Shown: positions 61,473-63,827 of the stretch, one piece after another
How positions within the stretch are numbered: position 1 is the stretch's first letter
Layout of the letters: each line of letters begins with the position of its first letter
From: Eubacteriales bacterium
GTDB taxonomy: Bacteria; Bacillota; Clostridia; Oscillospirales; CAG-272
Length of the DNA stretch: 63,827 nt
Direction of reading: 5' to 3'
Assembly (NCBI GenBank): GCA_045645205.1
Contig: JAZRIJ010000029.1
Span: 1-63,827 of the forward strand
Position numbers and translations under genes: made by a program
Notes under the pieces: generated by a model
Told to the model about the DNA's origin: nothing
The model's input: the letters and a program-made list of their open reading frames with translations, nothing else
The model's database searches: none

Positions 61473-62030
61473 ATAAATTCTCCTTTGCAAAAAATTAAGA
61501 CCACTCACAATGAAACGATTAGTTCCTTGTAAGTGGTCTTTCTGTTAGTATTTAATTTTGGATATAGTACTCCCTTGGCATTGCATTAGAATCACATAAA
61601 AATTCTTTGTTCTTTCTCGTTGCGCATAAGGGTCATAAGGGAAGTGATGTTAATAAGGTCTGTGCTAAAATTAATTTGCTGTGTTAAACGAAGGATGTTT
61701 GGTTTCTCGCAACATCTATCTCTTGGATTGTACCGTGAGAACGAGAGAATCATATGTAACAAATAGGGCTTCAATTCCATCCCTGTCCGTCCACATCTCA
61801 TATGCCTATGAGCTGCCATGCAGAAGTATCATCATACCAATCGTGGGTCATCGCAAACCGAAAAAATGTTGTCGCTATTTCGGTTCGGCACATACGCTTA
61901 TCGCTCGCTCACTTGTTTGAGGTCATGGCGGCGTTGTCCATCTTTGCTTTCCTGTTAAGGTCACGACGGCTTTGTACCCGACATCCTTTTTTATTCAATT
62001 GTAAGCACCATTTTCCATTGGTACAACCTC

Positions 62031-62059
62031 ATTATAACAACCGAAAATCACCTTGTCAA
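62031..62059 (-). promoter_or_regulatory. Consensus sigma-A promoter pointing toward HTH-xis-int
   Basis: TTGACA-N17-TATAAT with an extended TG on the minus strand. Confidence 0.75.
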
Positions 62060-62303
62060 CACCCCGAAAACCGCATGGCATCAACGTTTTCAGCAAAAAA
62101 TCGTCCATTATTTCCATACAGTGTTTTTGTTAATTTTGCGTAGTTTTTAGTAATAAATATTCTACGAAAAAATTTTTCAAAAAATTTTTTGATCTACTAT
62201 AATTCTGGCGTTTTCGGGCGTTATTTTGCTCCTTGTTGCGATTAAAAAGAAAAAGCGAGTGTTTACTCGCCCGAGCAAACGCCCGCCTCAAATCGCCTTG
62301 TTT

Positions 62304-63137
62304 TTATCCACCGTAGTTTTCTTTGCTCATACAGATGCAGACATACCATTTATCGTTTGCTTTGATTACACCTACAGCAATGTATGGATACTTGGAGTTA
62401 CCGACATACGACCAGTGACCTTCGCTGTGATGAAAGCCATCTGCGATACGATCTGACATACTTTCTGCCGTGCCGAACCATTCTCCCATACCTATGGCTT
62501 CACGGCTGTAACCCTGATAGTAACTATCCTCGGCGGTCATACCATAGCGTGTCATATCTACGAACTCGCCGTATTTTAATTCTCTACACACATCACGAAT
62601 ATCTGTGTGGGAAAAGTTGGTCGTGAGCTCATTTGCTCTGTACCGTGCTACATCTGTCAATCCTGGGAGCATTGTTGCTGCCATGTCACCCTGCGCTATT
62701 CGATAGGCATTTATCTTTTCAATTACAAGCCTTTCGATGTCTGAAACATCAACCTCCGGCCACTCTATTCCCGCATATGTTTTTTCCGCTTTTGGAGTTT
62801 CTTCAACCTTTGGCTCGGTATTTTCCGCCGCCGACAGTTTTGCTATTTCAGTAGGCTTTGTTTCCTCTTTCGGCTTTGCCGTTGTTGAAGGCGCTGTGGC
62901 GGTCACAGTCGGTTTGGTTGCCTGATCCACGCTCTCGGTCGGGAGAGGCTCTTTTTCTTTCTCTGTCGGCTCTACCGCCGTTGTAGGCGGTATTGGTTCG
63001 GCAGGTGTTTCAGCTGTTATTATTTTCGATATCGTTGTCGGCGGACTTTCTGTAGGTGGCGGTGCAGAGTTGCCACCGCATCCCACCATACTTACGAGCA
63101 CCCCACAGCAGAGAAGAAGGATTATGATTTTTCTCAT
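62304..63137 (-). CDS. Lipoprotein with a Pro/Thr-rich linker and CAP (SCP)-like domain
   Basis: MVGC lipobox; INAYR, NFSH, SEGHW, IAVG. Confidence 0.72.
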   Translation of the reverse strand: MRKIIILLLCCGVLVSMVGCGGNSAPPPTESPPTTISKIITAETPAEPIPPTTAVEPTEKEKEPLPTESVDQATKPTVTATAPSTTAKPKEETKPTEIAKLSAAENTEPKVEETPKAEKTYAGIEWPEVDVSDIERLVIEKINAYRIAQGDMAATMLPGLTDVARYRANELTTNFSHTDIRDVCRELKYGEFVDMTRYGMTAEDSYYQGYSREAIGMGEWFGTAESMSDRIADGFHHSEGHWSYVGNSKYPYIAVGVIKANDKWYVCICMSKENYGG

Positions 63138-63418
63138 ATATCCTCGACCTCCTCCAAGCCCTGCATCACTTCCACCATAATGCGCGTTGCAAGGATAAAC
63201 CCCGAACCGAATGCCTCACGCTCGGTGATGCATGACAGTTCGCTTGTGCAATCCTTGAACTTTTCAAAGATTTCCTTTTGTTTCTCTGTGAGTCCCGAAT
63301 TGAGTTCTTCCTCATTCTTGCATATCAGCTTTACGAGTTTGTCTACTCTCGTTCCTCGTTTAATATACCTTTCGTGTGGACTGATGTTGCCATAGTATAA
63401 ATCTTCAAGTGTTGTCAT
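63134..63418 (-). CDS. DUF6809-like small protein
   Basis: LEDLYYGNISPHE...GFILATRIMVEV (recalled family pattern). Confidence 0.65.
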   Translation of the reverse strand: MTTLEDLYYGNISPHERYIKRGTRVDKLVKLICKNEEELNSGLTEKQKEIFEKFKDCTSELSCITEREAFGSGFILATRIMVEVMQGLEEVEDI

Positions 63419-63597
63419 TTCTGCACCTCCCCATAAGAGAAGAGCGACTCTACACCATTCGGTGCAAAACCGCTCTTTTTGATTGTATTTTCTTTTCGTG
63501 CCATATCAGCACCTCCTTTGCAGTACAAACATATACCACAAAGATTTTGCGAAGTCCAGAGAAAATAACCGCAAATTACAATATAGTCAAACCACAA

Positions 63598-63827
63598 TCA
63601 ACTAACGGCTTTTTCATACTCACAATTTTTCATTCTCATCAAAGTGTTCATTGTATTTGTTGAAATATCTGAACGATCTTTTAATAAGGTTAATAAAATT
63701 ACAATATTATCATCTGCACGAGTATAATATATACGATAATTTGGATTAGACACTCTATATTCGAAAAGATTATCGTTGATTTTTAACACACGACTGGTGT
63801 TTCGCCCATGGAAGTGCCCGAGTTTAT
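63598..63827 (-). CDS. RelE/HigB (Gp49-like) toxin family protein, 5'-partial
   Basis: LFEYRV...YRIYY...IVILL; frame is open to the window edge. Confidence 0.55.
   Translation of the reverse strand, partial: KLGHFHGRNTSRVLKINDNLFEYRVSNPNYRIYYTRADDNIVILLTLLKDRSDISTNTMNTLMRMKNCEYEKAVS

Larger units (their letters stand above)
59253..63827 (-). mobile_element. Integrative element next to tRNA-Ser (continues off the window)
   Basis: int-xis pointing toward the tRNA, HTH protein, CAP lipoprotein, DUF6809-like and RelE-like genes. Confidence 0.8.

Overview
Low-GC chromosomal window from a spore-forming Firmicute of the Clostridia type, judged from spoVT, a SafA-like LysM/CAP protein, DUF421/DUF4363, the PrkC/PrpC pair and IreB. 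Most of it is core or accessory metabolism: metA, a DeoR-led 2-oxoacid dehydrogenase operon with a fused E1, rlmN, ribF, a dac gene, a type II pantothenate kinase, hisS-aspS, a wzm/wzt polysaccharide locus, a glycine riboswitch with its symporter, two ECF S-components around a MocR regulator, and trkAH. It also holds tRNA-Lys followed by a decayed MuF-toxin-like phage remnant and, at the right end, a tyrosine-integrase element beside tRNA-Ser(CGA). The most unusual signal is two tandem arrays built on the same plan, where the 5' part of a conserved host gene is repeated. (1) Integrase-free single-gene cassettes are stacked in front of spoVT, each ending in a copy of the spoVT promoter, RBS and first 10 codons. 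(2) Two orphan tRNA-Ser 5' halves, cut just after the anticodon loop, precede the intact tRNA and are separated by about 150-bp spacers of unrelated sequence but parallel layout. All three visible junctions carry the same 6-N11-6 imperfect palindrome starting 31-33 bp after the break, followed by short direct repeats. I infer a family of non-autonomous, att-only cassettes moved in trans by a tyrosine recombinase. All product calls come from motif recognition by eye; no database searches were run.
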